64,000 nucleotides of DNA from Thermoproteota archaeon (GCA_037917685.1 JAVCBU010000011.1:32001-96000), one strand, 5' to 3'; positions 9,129 through 18,378 are shown, numbered from the stretch's first letter. Program-made: numbers and translations. Notes: generated from the sequence alone by a model not told the origin.

Positions 9129-10988
9129 CTATTCACCCTTAACCTTTATCTTGAGTTCTACAAGCTTTTCCTCTGGGACTATTCCGTCACTGGTCCATCC
9201 TCTAAGCTTGTAGTACTCGTCAAGCATGGGGTCAAGCTCTACAGTCTGGCCTTTAAGGCCACCCTCTGGTAGAGGCTCTTCTAGAAGCCTCCTTGGAAGC
9301 TGGTCGTCCTTCCTTGTAATCCCGTGGAGATTATTGTAGTGCCTCTCCAAGTTTATTATCCTCTCACCTATCCTCATAATCTTTTCAACAGTAAACTCTA
9401 CACCTGTTAGATGGCTTAGCGCCTCTGCCAGTAGCTCCGCTGATAATGTGTAGAAGGTAAAGAAGGTATACTTGCAGGCGATTACAGAGTCTAGTACAGC
9501 CCCAAGATCCTCGTGATACTTAACCATAGGCGCTTTTCCTCTTATTGAGAGGGGGTCAACTGAGTCAGGGCTTCCATAGAGTTTCTCCCCAAGCTCCGGG
9601 GGGAAGCCTATAAGTTCAAAGTTTACTAGGGCCCTTAGATGGTCTGCTCCTCTACTTGCAACTGCAAGCCCCAGGCCAAATCCCTTTGCCCCCCTAACCT
9701 CTACCGCCGGAAGCTCCATACCTTTAACATGCATAGCACATCTTGAGGCTTCCTCTCCAAACTTTCTTGAGGCTCTTGCACAGCCCTCAGCCAGCACGTT
9801 CCCGAATCCTTCACGCCTAGCTATCATCTTTATGAGTCTTATCATGACTTCGCTGTCACCCCACAGGATGTCTATACCCCCTGTATCCTCCCTTGTTATT
9901 ATTCCCTTCTCGTAGCACTCCATAGCCCACGCTATCGTCCCACCGGTCGAGATGGTGTCGAGGCCAAGGCGATTGCATAGCTCATTCATTTCTATTATTG
10001 AAGCGAGGTCTGAGTTCCAGCAGTTTGAACCGAGGCATACTAGGGTTTCATATTCTGGCCCTTCTCCCCCTACACATTTGGAGCCGCTCACAAACATGGC
10101 ATAGTTACTGCAGTGGATAAGGCATGCAAAGCATGCCCTATCCTTAACCTTGTACCTGGAGTCAAGCTCCTCAGCAGATAATAGCTCTCCCTCGGGGAAT
10201 ATTGAGGTCTGCCTATTCCCAGTTGAGATTCTGCCTGCCAGTAGCGCCCTGTCAACTATTGATGGGGTTCCATACCTGGAGAAATACTCGTAGCCTGGTG
10301 CCTCCATTATGAGCTCTGAGGCTTTGTCGCATACCTCCTCAAACTTTCGAATGTTGGCAGCTTCAACCATGCCTTCACCTGAGACTGCTACCGCCTTAAG
10401 CCTTTTAGACCCCATTACAGCTCCTACACCTGTTCTAGCAGCCAGCCGGTACTTCTCATTTACTATACCAGCATACCTCACCAGGTTTTCCCCTGCCGGC
10501 CCTATACATGCAACCCTAACGCCTGGGAGGGTGGACTCCTTTATTCTATCTTCGGTTTCCCATGTGTCTAGGCCCCACAGGTTAGAGGCGTCTCTTATCT
10601 CAGCCTCACCGTCAAATATCATTATGTACACAGGCTTTTCAGCTCTCCCCACTATGACGATGGCGTCAAAACCTGCATACTTCAGCTCTGGTCCAAAGTA
10701 ACCGCCTGAGTTGGCGTCTCCAAGTATACCTGTAAGGGGTGACTTTGCTGTTACGGAGTAGCGGCCTGATCCCGGGAACCTTGTCCCGACAAGCGGGCCT
10801 ACCGAGAATATTAGGTAGTTATCTGGCGAATATGGATCGACATCCGGGTTTGTGGTTTCGTATAGGATTCTTGATCCTATTCCCCTGCCTCCAAGGTAGA
10901 GTCTAAGGTTTTCCCGACTGGATTCCTGCAGTACAACTTTCCCCTTGGAGAGGTCTATAAATAGGGTTTTCCCAGTCCAGCCGTACAT
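9129..10988 (-). CDS. aor: Aldehyde:ferredoxin oxidoreductase family (tungstopterin) enzyme, copy 2
   Basis: MYGWTGK start, KSPLTG, IGPAGENLV, GAVMGSKRLKA, CFACLIHC, GPEYET, LGLDTIS, RGADHL. Confidence 0.93.
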   Translation of the reverse strand: MYGWTGKTLFIDLSKGKVVLQESSRENLRLYLGGRGIGSRILYETTNPDVDPYSPDNYLIFSVGPLVGTRFPGSGRYSVTAKSPLTGILGDANSGGYFGPELKYAGFDAIVIVGRAEKPVYIMIFDGEAEIRDASNLWGLDTWETEDRIKESTLPGVRVACIGPAGENLVRYAGIVNEKYRLAARTGVGAVMGSKRLKAVAVSGEGMVEAANIRKFEEVCDKASELIMEAPGYEYFSRYGTPSIVDRALLAGRISTGNRQTSIFPEGELLSAEELDSRYKVKDRACFACLIHCSNYAMFVSGSKCVGGEGPEYETLVCLGSNCWNSDLASIIEMNELCNRLGLDTISTGGTIAWAMECYEKGIITREDTGGIDILWGDSEVMIRLIKMIARREGFGNVLAEGCARASRKFGEEASRCAMHVKGMELPAVEVRGAKGFGLGLAVASRGADHLRALVNFELIGFPPELGEKLYGSPDSVDPLSIRGKAPMVKYHEDLGAVLDSVIACKYTFFTFYTLSAELLAEALSHLTGVEFTVEKIMRIGERIINLERHYNNLHGITRKDDQLPRRLLEEPLPEGGLKGQTVELDPMLDEYYKLRGWTSDGIVPEEKLVELKIKVKGE

Positions 10989-11441
10989 TTAAACACCCAG
11001 CTGGATATCTCCCGCTATCTCAATCATGGTGTTCCACAGCTTTGTTTTTCTATGATCCCAGCTGTCGGTAACTTTTAGTTTTTTAACAGGGCATTTTTCA
11101 ATGCACACCCCGCAAAGGTCGCACTTAAAGGCTTTCCCATTATAATAGGCTACTGCTCCGAACGGGCACGCCACTATGCAGAGCCCACAGCCAATGCACT
11201 TTTCCTGGCTTAGCTGTACGATGTTGTTCTCTCTGTACAGTGCGTCTGTCGGACATACGTCTATGCAGGGGGCTTTATTGCAGTTCTTACATGTAGTGAT
11301 GTAATCCCCCTCTTTGAGTCTTACAACCGTTATAGCTGAGGATGTAGGCTTATATACGCCGAGGTTCTCGGCAGTACACGCCAGCATACATATTTTGCAG
11401 CCTACACATTCTAGCGGGCTTATTGAAATGTAGACCGGCAT
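10989..11441 (-). CDS. Poly-[4Fe-4S] ferredoxin (AOR electron-transfer partner)
   Basis: Four Cys clusters. ATG at 11441 lies just after the upstream gene's stop; the ORF track starts it at 11450. Confidence 0.92.
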   Translation of the reverse strand: MPVYISISPLECVGCKICMLACTAENLGVYKPTSSAITVVRLKEGDYITTCKNCNKAPCIDVCPTDALYRENNIVQLSQEKCIGCGLCIVACPFGAVAYYNGKAFKCDLCGVCIEKCPVKKLKVTDSWDHRKTKLWNTMIEIAGDIQLGV

Positions 11442-11442
11442 T

Positions 11443-12846
11443 TCAACCACTCATCCAGGGTGGCTCCCAGGGCGGTGAGACTGGTGTTTCCTCAGCCTTC
11501 TCTCTGAACTTGTATGCGTTCTCCTCAATCTTCCTGTACGCCTCTTCCTCATCAACCTTTAATATTCTTCCTTTCTCAGAGACGAGTTCCCCGTCTATGA
11601 AAACGTACTCCACGTCGAATCCCCGGACATAATTTGCAACGAGGCTAAGCTTGTCCTCTACAGGCTGAAATCTGGGCTTATCTATGTCGATAACTATTAT
11701 ATCCGCCTTCTTGCCAGGCTCGATGCTTCCTATCTCATGGTCTAACCCCAAAGCCTTAGCTCCGTTTATCGTGGCCATCTCTAAAGCCTGCATTGGTGTT
11801 ATTAGGCTCCTGTCTAGATGGTGTACTCTCAACAGGTATGTTGATATCATCATAAACTCGAACATGTCTGACCAGCCGCCGTCTAGCCCGTAGGCAACAT
11901 TAACTCCTCTACGTAATAGTTCTACGACGGGTGCAATGCCGTGTCCGCCGCGCATGTTACTTTTTACGTTGAAGGCCACGTTTATCCCTGTCCTCTGTAT
12001 TGTGTTTAGCTCGTCCTCATATACGTAGATGCAGTGCGCAACTATCACGTCAGGCTTTAAGAAGCCGAGGCTGTGGAGGAAGTCTATAGATCCCTTCTTC
12101 CCATACCATTTCTTTATTAGGTTAACCTCGTATGGGCTTTGGGCCACGTGCAGTTGGATGCCTGCTTTGTACTCATCAGACAGCTCTCTAACTTTCCTGA
12201 AATACTCTGGTGAGCTTGAAAATGGAGCGTGAACCCCGAACATTCCTCTAATCCTTGAATCTGGCTTAGAATTCCACTTCCTGATAAACTCTAGGTTCGC
12301 TTCAAGCCCCTTATAGCCATGCTCCACCCCCAGCCTTTGGCTTGCCTCGAACGAGATTACAGCCCTAATCCCAACCTCCATCACCGCCTTCGCCTCCCAG
12401 TCCAGGGCTTCCGGAATATCGTTTGGAACCTCCATCAGATCCGAGGTTGTTGTAACACCAGCCCGAACCATGTCCATTGACATGGCTAGAGCTCCATAGT
12501 AGGCTTCTTCGCGTGTGGCTGTCTCCTCAAACCTTGGCCAGTAAACCCTTGTAAGTAGATCTCCGAACTTATCGACAGTAGCCATACCAGGTGGAGGATA
12601 GGTCACCCTCAGGTTTCTTAAATGATAAACCGGCATGTGATTATGCACGTTAACCATGCCCGGCATTATTATCTTGTTAGAAGCATCTATGTCAAGGTCA
12701 GCCTCACCATAAAGCTCAGAAGCCTTATCCGACTCCCCAACGAAAGTTATCCTTCCATCTTCAACGATTACCGTCCCGTCCTCGATTAGCCTTCTATTGG
12801 CGTCCATAGTAATTATAAAACCATGTCTTAGAGCTATATCAGCCAT
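11443..12846 (-). CDS. SsnA-like metal-dependent amidohydrolase (deaminase/aminohydrolase)
   Basis: MPGMVNVHNH, YYGAL, VGIRA..FE, GVHAPF, WYGK, AHC, N..SNM, GLDG..SDMFE. This motif string resembles E. coli SsnA as recalled; not verified by search. Confidence 0.85.
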   Translation of the reverse strand: MADIALRHGFIITMDANRRLIEDGTVIVEDGRITFVGESDKASELYGEADLDIDASNKIIMPGMVNVHNHMPVYHLRNLRVTYPPPGMATVDKFGDLLTRVYWPRFEETATREEAYYGALAMSMDMVRAGVTTTSDLMEVPNDIPEALDWEAKAVMEVGIRAVISFEASQRLGVEHGYKGLEANLEFIRKWNSKPDSRIRGMFGVHAPFSSSPEYFRKVRELSDEYKAGIQLHVAQSPYEVNLIKKWYGKKGSIDFLHSLGFLKPDVIVAHCIYVYEDELNTIQRTGINVAFNVKSNMRGGHGIAPVVELLRRGVNVAYGLDGGWSDMFEFMMISTYLLRVHHLDRSLITPMQALEMATINGAKALGLDHEIGSIEPGKKADIIVIDIDKPRFQPVEDKLSLVANYVRGFDVEYVFIDGELVSEKGRILKVDEEEAYRKIEENAYKFREKAEETPVSPPWEPPWMSG

Positions 12847-12972
12847 ACCTCCTCAAATCTACACAGGATATGAAAGCCTTAAGAGTTTTTGAACCACAGG
12901 TTACTTATCGTAGTACAACAGAAGGTTAATGTTAATCTATATATATCATGTTGATACGTGAAAATGTGAAAA

Positions 12973-12986
12973 CATGTATATACATG
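12973..12986. promoter_or_regulatory. Perfect palindrome CATGTATATACATG, candidate operator of the AOR/amidohydrolase operon
   Basis: 14-bp perfect inverted repeat about 130 bp upstream of the first gene (start 12846) in an AT-rich intergenic region. Confidence 0.45.
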
Positions 12987-13414
12987 ATTCAAAATATAGA
13001 TAACTTGTCACTATACACCAGAACCTAAGCCCTAAACCTTGATGCTTTACTCTTAAAGGTTTCCAATAGAAGTTCCGCATCTACTCTACTTTTATAACGG
13101 TAAAATGTTAGACTAAAGAAATCTACCGCCCTACACCAGCCGAACCATTTATCATTTCACAATAGTCCCATTGTAATTGGATGAAGGCCTCATTTCACCT
13201 GATTCAAACAGGTCTATGTAGTCTTCGACATTCCACATTTTAAATATAAGTCTTCGGGCTTTAAGGAGATACAAGCTCGTCCTTCTCGCTGCTTGAAAGG
13301 TGAAGTTCCAATGGTTTATAATATTTTCTCGTGACCATATCAAGGTTTAGATCTCTCCACTCAGCGTATTTTCCTCCCAGCAGATAAAGTTAATAAATTA
13401 TTAGGGTTACTGAT

Positions 13415-14170
13415 TTGTTAAGAGATTGGATGTGGATTCCCAGGTGGCTTGGTGAATGTTATTCGAAGCTTTACTTAAAGTTCGGTCAAGAACCCTTCAC
13501 CTTCTCCGAAGCTAGGGATTTCCTATCATTTAGTGAGAACAAGCTTTCCGTCGCATTCAGTAAGCTCCATTCTAAAAGAATTCTACTAGTTTTTAAACGG
13601 GGAAAACCTAGGCTTTATAGACTTTTAGATCCTGAAAACTTCATCTTTATGGCCTCAGGGGCCGTGAAAAACGTTGAGAGGGTTGCTTCTGAAAAATATC
13701 TTAAGCTTATACTTGATTGTCTGAGGGCTCTTTTAAAAACCATAGAGTTGGAGTCCTTCGCCGTTTACGGATCTGTGGCTCGTGGATCAGCATCCAACTA
13801 CAGCGATGTTGACATACTCATAGTCTCGGATTCGCTGAAGGGAAGCTTAGCCTCCAGAATAGATAAGTTATATCATTTGGAGGATGAACTTGAGGAGCTT
13901 AAATGGCTTAGGAAGCATGGGATATATACGTCACTCAGCTTCTACCCCTTAAGGAGGGATGAGGCTCAGAGACTGCCGCTGCTTTTCCTTGATTTAACGG
14001 AAGAGGCGGCAATTATTTACGATAGGAATGGATTCCTTGAGGCGGTGTTGTTGGAGTTTAGAGGTAGGCTGTTAAGGCAGGGAGCGAAACGGGTGATCCT
14101 AGATAGGAAGCATTGGTACTGGGACCTAAAGCCAGACTACAAGTTTGGTGAAAAGGTTGAGATTGCTTAA
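13415..14170 (+). CDS. Minimal nucleotidyltransferase (MNT) antitoxin with N-terminal winged-HTH-like domain
   Basis: YGSVARG..SDVDILIV MNT motif; N-terminal 'FTFSEA..LSVAFSKL..GKPRLYRL' looks like a wHTH; overlaps the HEPN gene. Confidence 0.85.
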   Translation: MLRDWMWIPRWLGECYSKLYLKFGQEPFTFSEARDFLSFSENKLSVAFSKLHSKRILLVFKRGKPRLYRLLDPENFIFMASGAVKNVERVASEKYLKLILDCLRALLKTIELESFAVYGSVARGSASNYSDVDILIVSDSLKGSLASRIDKLYHLEDELEELKWLRKHGIYTSLSFYPLRRDEAQRLPLLFLDLTEEAAIIYDRNGFLEAVLLEFRGRLLRQGAKRVILDRKHWYWDLKPDYKFGEKVEIA

Positions 14171-14585
14171 AATCGCTAAGTCATACCTCCGACAGGCCGA
14201 AGCTAGGATTGAAGATGCCAAAGACGCCCTTCTGGAAAGCAATCACCCTTACGCGGTAAGGCTAAGTCAAGAATGTGTTGAACTGTCCCTAAAGGCTGTT
14301 CTAAAAGCTGTCGGAATAGAATATCCTAAAGTACACGACGTTTCAGATGTCCTAGATGCGGTTAAGGACAGGTTTCCCCAATGGTTTAGAGCTGAAATAG
14401 GGTTTTTACGTGAATCAAGTAAAGCTCTTGCTAAAAAGAGGGAAATAAGTTTTTACGGAGGGGAGGAGGCTTTCCTATCCCCAGACGAGGTTATAAGCAA
14501 GGAGGATGCGATAGACGCTGTACAAAGGGCTACAAAAACACTCAAGTTATGCAAGAAGCTTATCAAAGAAATCAAGAGGATATAG
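14145..14585 (+). CDS. HEPN domain protein (MNT-HEPN toxin-antitoxin partner)
   Basis: SQECVELSLKAVL, YPKVHDV, REISFYG; adjacent to MNT. Start uncertain. Confidence 0.88.
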   Translation: MVKRLRLLKIAKSYLRQAEARIEDAKDALLESNHPYAVRLSQECVELSLKAVLKAVGIEYPKVHDVSDVLDAVKDRFPQWFRAEIGFLRESSKALAKKREISFYGGEEAFLSPDEVISKEDAIDAVQRATKTLKLCKKLIKEIKRI

Positions 14586-14740
14586 ATATATTTACGAATG
14601 ATGAGTATAGATCGTTCGTTCTACTCCATGAGGAGAGAAAGTCTAAGAGTAGGATCCCTAAAGAATATTTTCTCCTCTGGCACTGATTTCTTTTCAAATG
14701 ATTTATGAAATGTTTTCGCCCTTGCATATATCACAGTAAT

Positions 14741-14780
14741 CTTTAAATTATAGTAGACATCTACATAGTAGGGGTCTACA
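14741..14780 (+). promoter_or_regulatory. TATA-like box followed by two tandem 15-bp imperfect palindromes (candidate PadR operator)
   Basis: CTTTAAAT at 14741, then TAGTAGACATCTACA (14751-14765) and TAGTAGGGGTCTACA (14766-14780), immediately before the PadR ORF. Confidence 0.6.
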
Positions 14781-15302
14781 ATGTGTGTTGGTGGTGTGCT
14801 TTGGAGGTGGAAAAGAGTAAGTCCTATAGAGCTCTTGATACTCCTACAACTCAGAAGAGAGCCACTCTACGGCTACGAGATCATCAAGAAGCTCAAAGAA
14901 GAGTTTAAGGGTGTATGGGAGCCTAAAACAGGCACGATTTACCCGGCTTTGAGAAGGCTGGAGGGTAGAGGCCTAATAAGGACTGAGGTTAGGGATGAGC
15001 GTGAATATTATCATATAACACCGCGGGGCGAGGAAGCCCTAAGGGAAAGCTTACTTGCCCTTGAAGAGAGCCTTAGCTTTGCAGGTAGATATTTCAGATG
15101 CCTGTTCAGGCATGTACCCCCACACCCTAGGATTTTAAGAGTGATATCGTCTGGAATGGACCTTCCTATGCTCGACATCGAGAGCCTTACAGGCTGGGAT
15201 AGGGAGGCTGTCCTATCCATCCTGAAAAGTATTAGGGAAGTGCTTAAGGCAAGACTGAAGTATGTTGAGAGTAAGATTAGAGAGCTTGAACAGTCACAGT
15301 AA
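14781..15302 (+). CDS. PadR-family transcriptional regulator
   Basis: LYGYEIIK, GTIYPALRRLE..GLI, YYHITPRG. True start may be a few codons downstream. Confidence 0.9.
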   Translation: MCVGGVLWRWKRVSPIELLILLQLRREPLYGYEIIKKLKEEFKGVWEPKTGTIYPALRRLEGRGLIRTEVRDEREYYHITPRGEEALRESLLALEESLSFAGRYFRCLFRHVPPHPRILRVISSGMDLPMLDIESLTGWDREAVLSILKSIREVLKARLKYVESKIRELEQSQ

Positions 15303-15319
15303 TAGCGGGGTGTACATGC

Positions 15320-16249
15320 TTGACCGAGGCAATAGAGGCTTATGGGCTTACAAAGTGGTATGGAAAGTTTCTAGCAGTTGATCATATTAGCTTTACGGTC
15401 CCGAAAGGTGAGATTTTCGGGTTTCTGGGGCCGAACGGTGCAGGTAAGACGACAACTGTAAGGATGCTGACGGGAATGTCAAAGCCTTCCGAAGGGACGG
15501 CAAGAATAATGGGCTATGACATACAGGCTGATGCTGTCAAGGCAAAGGAGCATATAGGAGTGGTCCCGGACATATCAAACGTTTATGTTGAACTGACGAC
15601 GTGGGAGAACCTTCTGTTTACCGGAAAGCTCTATGGAATACCGAGACATGAGAGGCGGAAGAGGGCGGAAAGCCTTCTCGAACTCTTTGATCTTGAGGAG
15701 AAAAAGCTTGAGCCTGCGGGTAGGCTGTCGAAGGGGATGAGGAGGCGTCTATGCATCGCGATGGCTCTGATGAACAATTCTTCCATCTTATTCCTAGATG
15801 AGCCTACCACAGGCCTAGATGTTCAAAGCGTTATAAAGATAAGAGACCTCATAAGAACTCTAAACCGGCGGGGTCTAACAATATTTCTAACAACACATAA
15901 CATGCAGGAAGCAAATATAATGTGCGAGCGAATAGCAATAATAAACAAAGGAAGAATAGTGGCTGTAGATACCCCGGAAAAGCTTAAGAACAGGGCGAGA
16001 AGGCTACAGTCGGTGGTAGTATCGTTCGACAAGACCGGAAGATGGGTTGAAGAGCATCTTAGAAAGCTCCAAGAACCGTTAAGGGTTGTAAAGGAGGGAG
16101 ATAAGTATAGAATTTACACATCTGATCCTTCAGAGGTGGTGAGGGCGGTATGCGACTTCGCCTGGAAGCAGGGCTTGAAAATAGTATCTATAAATACGGT
16201 GAAACCCAGCTTGGAAGACATATTCCTAGAACTGACAGAAATAGGGTGA
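15320..16249 (+). CDS. ABC exporter ATP-binding protein (DrrA-like)
   Basis: GPNGAGKT, LSKGMRRR, LDEPTTGLD, TTH, C-terminal PSLEDIF. Confidence 0.92.
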   Translation: MTEAIEAYGLTKWYGKFLAVDHISFTVPKGEIFGFLGPNGAGKTTTVRMLTGMSKPSEGTARIMGYDIQADAVKAKEHIGVVPDISNVYVELTTWENLLFTGKLYGIPRHERRKRAESLLELFDLEEKKLEPAGRLSKGMRRRLCIAMALMNNSSILFLDEPTTGLDVQSVIKIRDLIRTLNRRGLTIFLTTHNMQEANIMCERIAIINKGRIVAVDTPEKLKNRARRLQSVVVSFDKTGRWVEEHLRKLQEPLRVVKEGDKYRIYTSDPSEVVRAVCDFAWKQGLKIVSINTVKPSLEDIFLELTEIG

Positions 16250-16262
16250 GAGGTGGCAGGCT

Positions 16263-17006
16263 ATGAGTAGACTCTTAAGGGAGGCATCTGTCGGGCTTGC
16301 TGTTGCGGAGAAGGACATAAAGGTGTACTACGCCAAGCCAGGCACGGTGATGTTCGGATTCCTGTTTCCACTCTCAATGTTCCTATCCTACATCGCAGGT
16401 AGAGGAGTAACCGTGGATAAAGCAATACCAGTCCTCATAGCGATAACCCCACTCTTTGCATCCTCTTCCATAGGACCGGTGACAATACCTATGGAGAGAA
16501 GGACTAAGACATTTGACAGGTTCCTGACAGCCCCAGTCACACTGCAGGCAATCCTGATTGGGAAGACGATTGCAGGCCTAACATACGGTGCGCTGACATC
16601 CCTGATACCGGTAGTAATAGGCCTGCTCGTAGGGATGAGCATTGTAAGCCCGCTAAAACTTGCGTTAGCCATAACCCTCTCATCCGCGACATTCTCATGT
16701 ATGGGAGTTATGTTCGCAAGTATCCCAACACAGAACCCAGGCCAGGTGATGATGCCCCTAAACTTCGTGAGAATACCACTCCTATTCATAAGTGGAGTAT
16801 TCATCCCCATAGAACAGCTACCAGCATGGGGAAGGACGTTGGCGGCGCTGTCTCCACTGTCATATTCCATGGACCTTGTAAGAGCCGGAATAAAAGGTGT
16901 AGAGTACTACGGCCTAACAGCTTCGGTTGTTGGGCTTATCGTTTACTTTATCCTCTTCTTAATGGTGAGTGTAAAGTTTCACATGGTAATACAGAAAAGA
17001 GAATAG
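16263..17006 (+). CDS. ABC-2 type permease
   Basis: About 6 TM helices, MERRTKTF, PLLFISGVFIP..QLP.W, SPLSY. Confidence 0.9.
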   Translation: MSRLLREASVGLAVAEKDIKVYYAKPGTVMFGFLFPLSMFLSYIAGRGVTVDKAIPVLIAITPLFASSSIGPVTIPMERRTKTFDRFLTAPVTLQAILIGKTIAGLTYGALTSLIPVVIGLLVGMSIVSPLKLALAITLSSATFSCMGVMFASIPTQNPGQVMMPLNFVRIPLLFISGVFIPIEQLPAWGRTLAALSPLSYSMDLVRAGIKGVEYYGLTASVVGLIVYFILFLMVSVKFHMVIQKRE

Positions 17007-17067
17007 AAGGCGACGTGTAGACTCCGGTGTAAAGGCCAAGCTAAAGATTGTTTTGGGATTTAGCCTT

Positions 17068-17259
17068 TCAGGTGGTAATAGTAGTATTATTAGCTTTCAG
17101 CTGATAATAGCATTGATAAGGGTTAAATACATGCCAAAAGGAGAAGCCAAGGCCAGAAATGTAGGTTGCTGCCATAATAATTATAGCCGCTCCTATTACT
17201 AGCCTTGCTGCCCCGCCGGATAGTGAAAGTGCGAATTCAGACTTAGGTTTAGCGTTCAC
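17068..17259 (-). pseudogene. Truncated copy of the small membrane protein family also found at 19210-19983
   Basis: VNAKPKSEFALSLSGGAARLVIG aligns with VDAKPKFPYVLSLFDGAAELIVG; similarity is lost after the first helix. Confidence 0.55.
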
Positions 17260-17323
17260 TACCTCCCACAGGGGCAACCATCCCATGAAATGATAAATTT
17301 TAGATAACATTTTTACCCAAGAT

Positions 17324-18219
17324 TTACAAGTTGCTGTATTCGAATGCTATTCTATGTGCAAGTTTCTTTGAGAAAGCTATGATTGTTTGGACTGGAGGTA
17401 CGCCTGGCGCTTTTGGAGGATGCTACAATCTGACACGAAGAGCCGGCTTATCTCAGTCTCCTGCTCTCTGTTTACAACGCGTCCTATCCCAGCTGTTCCT
17501 CCAACATGTGCCCCTCTGACAGCTGTGGTGAATATGGATTTAGGATTCGACCCTGCATGGGCGATTATGTCAGTTGAAATCTGAATTCCCCTCCTCAGTT
17601 TCTCCCCGTCGCTCCTTGTAACAGTCTTTCTTATTGTGCCATCAGCGTCTACATTTCCTGAATCTTCGTCCGAAATCTTAGTCATAACGCCCAACAGCCT
17701 TTCTCTCCTTAGGGCGATAGATTTACGGAGTATTGGTAGGTACAGAAACATGTGGAGAGGCGTATCTAGGACTGGAGAGAGTATAAATCCGTGTTCACTA
17801 TGGAACTCGTCTATTAGTGTTGCCATGCCGGCCTCATTTCCCATTTTATCGTCTACCATCCCGTAAGTGTCGACGAAGAGGTCAACGAATAAGTTTCCCC
17901 CAGCGTTGGTTAAGCCTGATTTTTGGAGAATAATGGGTGTCCCTATCCCTCCTGCGGATAGTATGACGTTTCCAGCTTCAATCTCGTATACCTCCTGGGG
18001 ACCGTGGACCTTAACTCCCTTTACCTCTCCCCCTGAATGTAAAACCCTTTCAACAGAGGTATTCAGGATCATCTTTGCGCCAGCCTTGAATGCGTCTCCA
18101 ATGTACGTCTGACTGGACCATTTAGCTCCATACTTGCAACCGGTAACACATGCCGCAGCTTCTACACTTTGAGAAATCCACGGATTTAGGCATGGGCTTA
18201 ACATTGTACCCCAGCTCCT
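17324..18219 (-). pseudogene. GMC-family (FAD) oxidoreductase remnant, copy A
   Basis: CVTGCKYGAKWS, LSAGGIGTP, GAHVGGTAGIG, LFVSD. Frameshifts at about 18150 and 17417 relative to copy B; N-terminal FAD-binding part absent. Confidence 0.85.
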
Positions 18220-18265
18220 GGGAATGCTAGGATCCTCACGTCTGAGAATGCTAGGATCCTCACAT
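18218..18265. repeat. 24-bp tandem duplication at the GMC copy A breakpoint
   Basis: CTGGGAATGCTAGGATCCTCACGT followed by CTGAGAATGCTAGGATCCTCACAT (2 mismatches). Confidence 0.85.
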
Positions 18266-18378
18266 ATTTGAGGTGCCACACTATAAATATAGTAGTGCTT
18301 GGGAGCTATAGGCTGGCTCCATTTGCATGAGCGATATGATTTTATTTTTCTGGTTTTCTATAGTGGAGGGCTGCAGAT

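Noticed and set aside
13152-13343. 63-aa minus-strand ORF upstream of the MNT gene
   Set aside because: No recognisable motif or RBS; could be a remnant but cannot be supported.
14598-14645. Possible C/D box sRNA (ATGATGA ... ATGAGGA)
   Set aside because: The C and C' boxes look good, but there are no CTGA D/D' boxes at suitable spacing.
18218-18265. 24-bp repeat as a mini CRISPR array
   Set aside because: Only two abutting units, no spacer, no cas genes.
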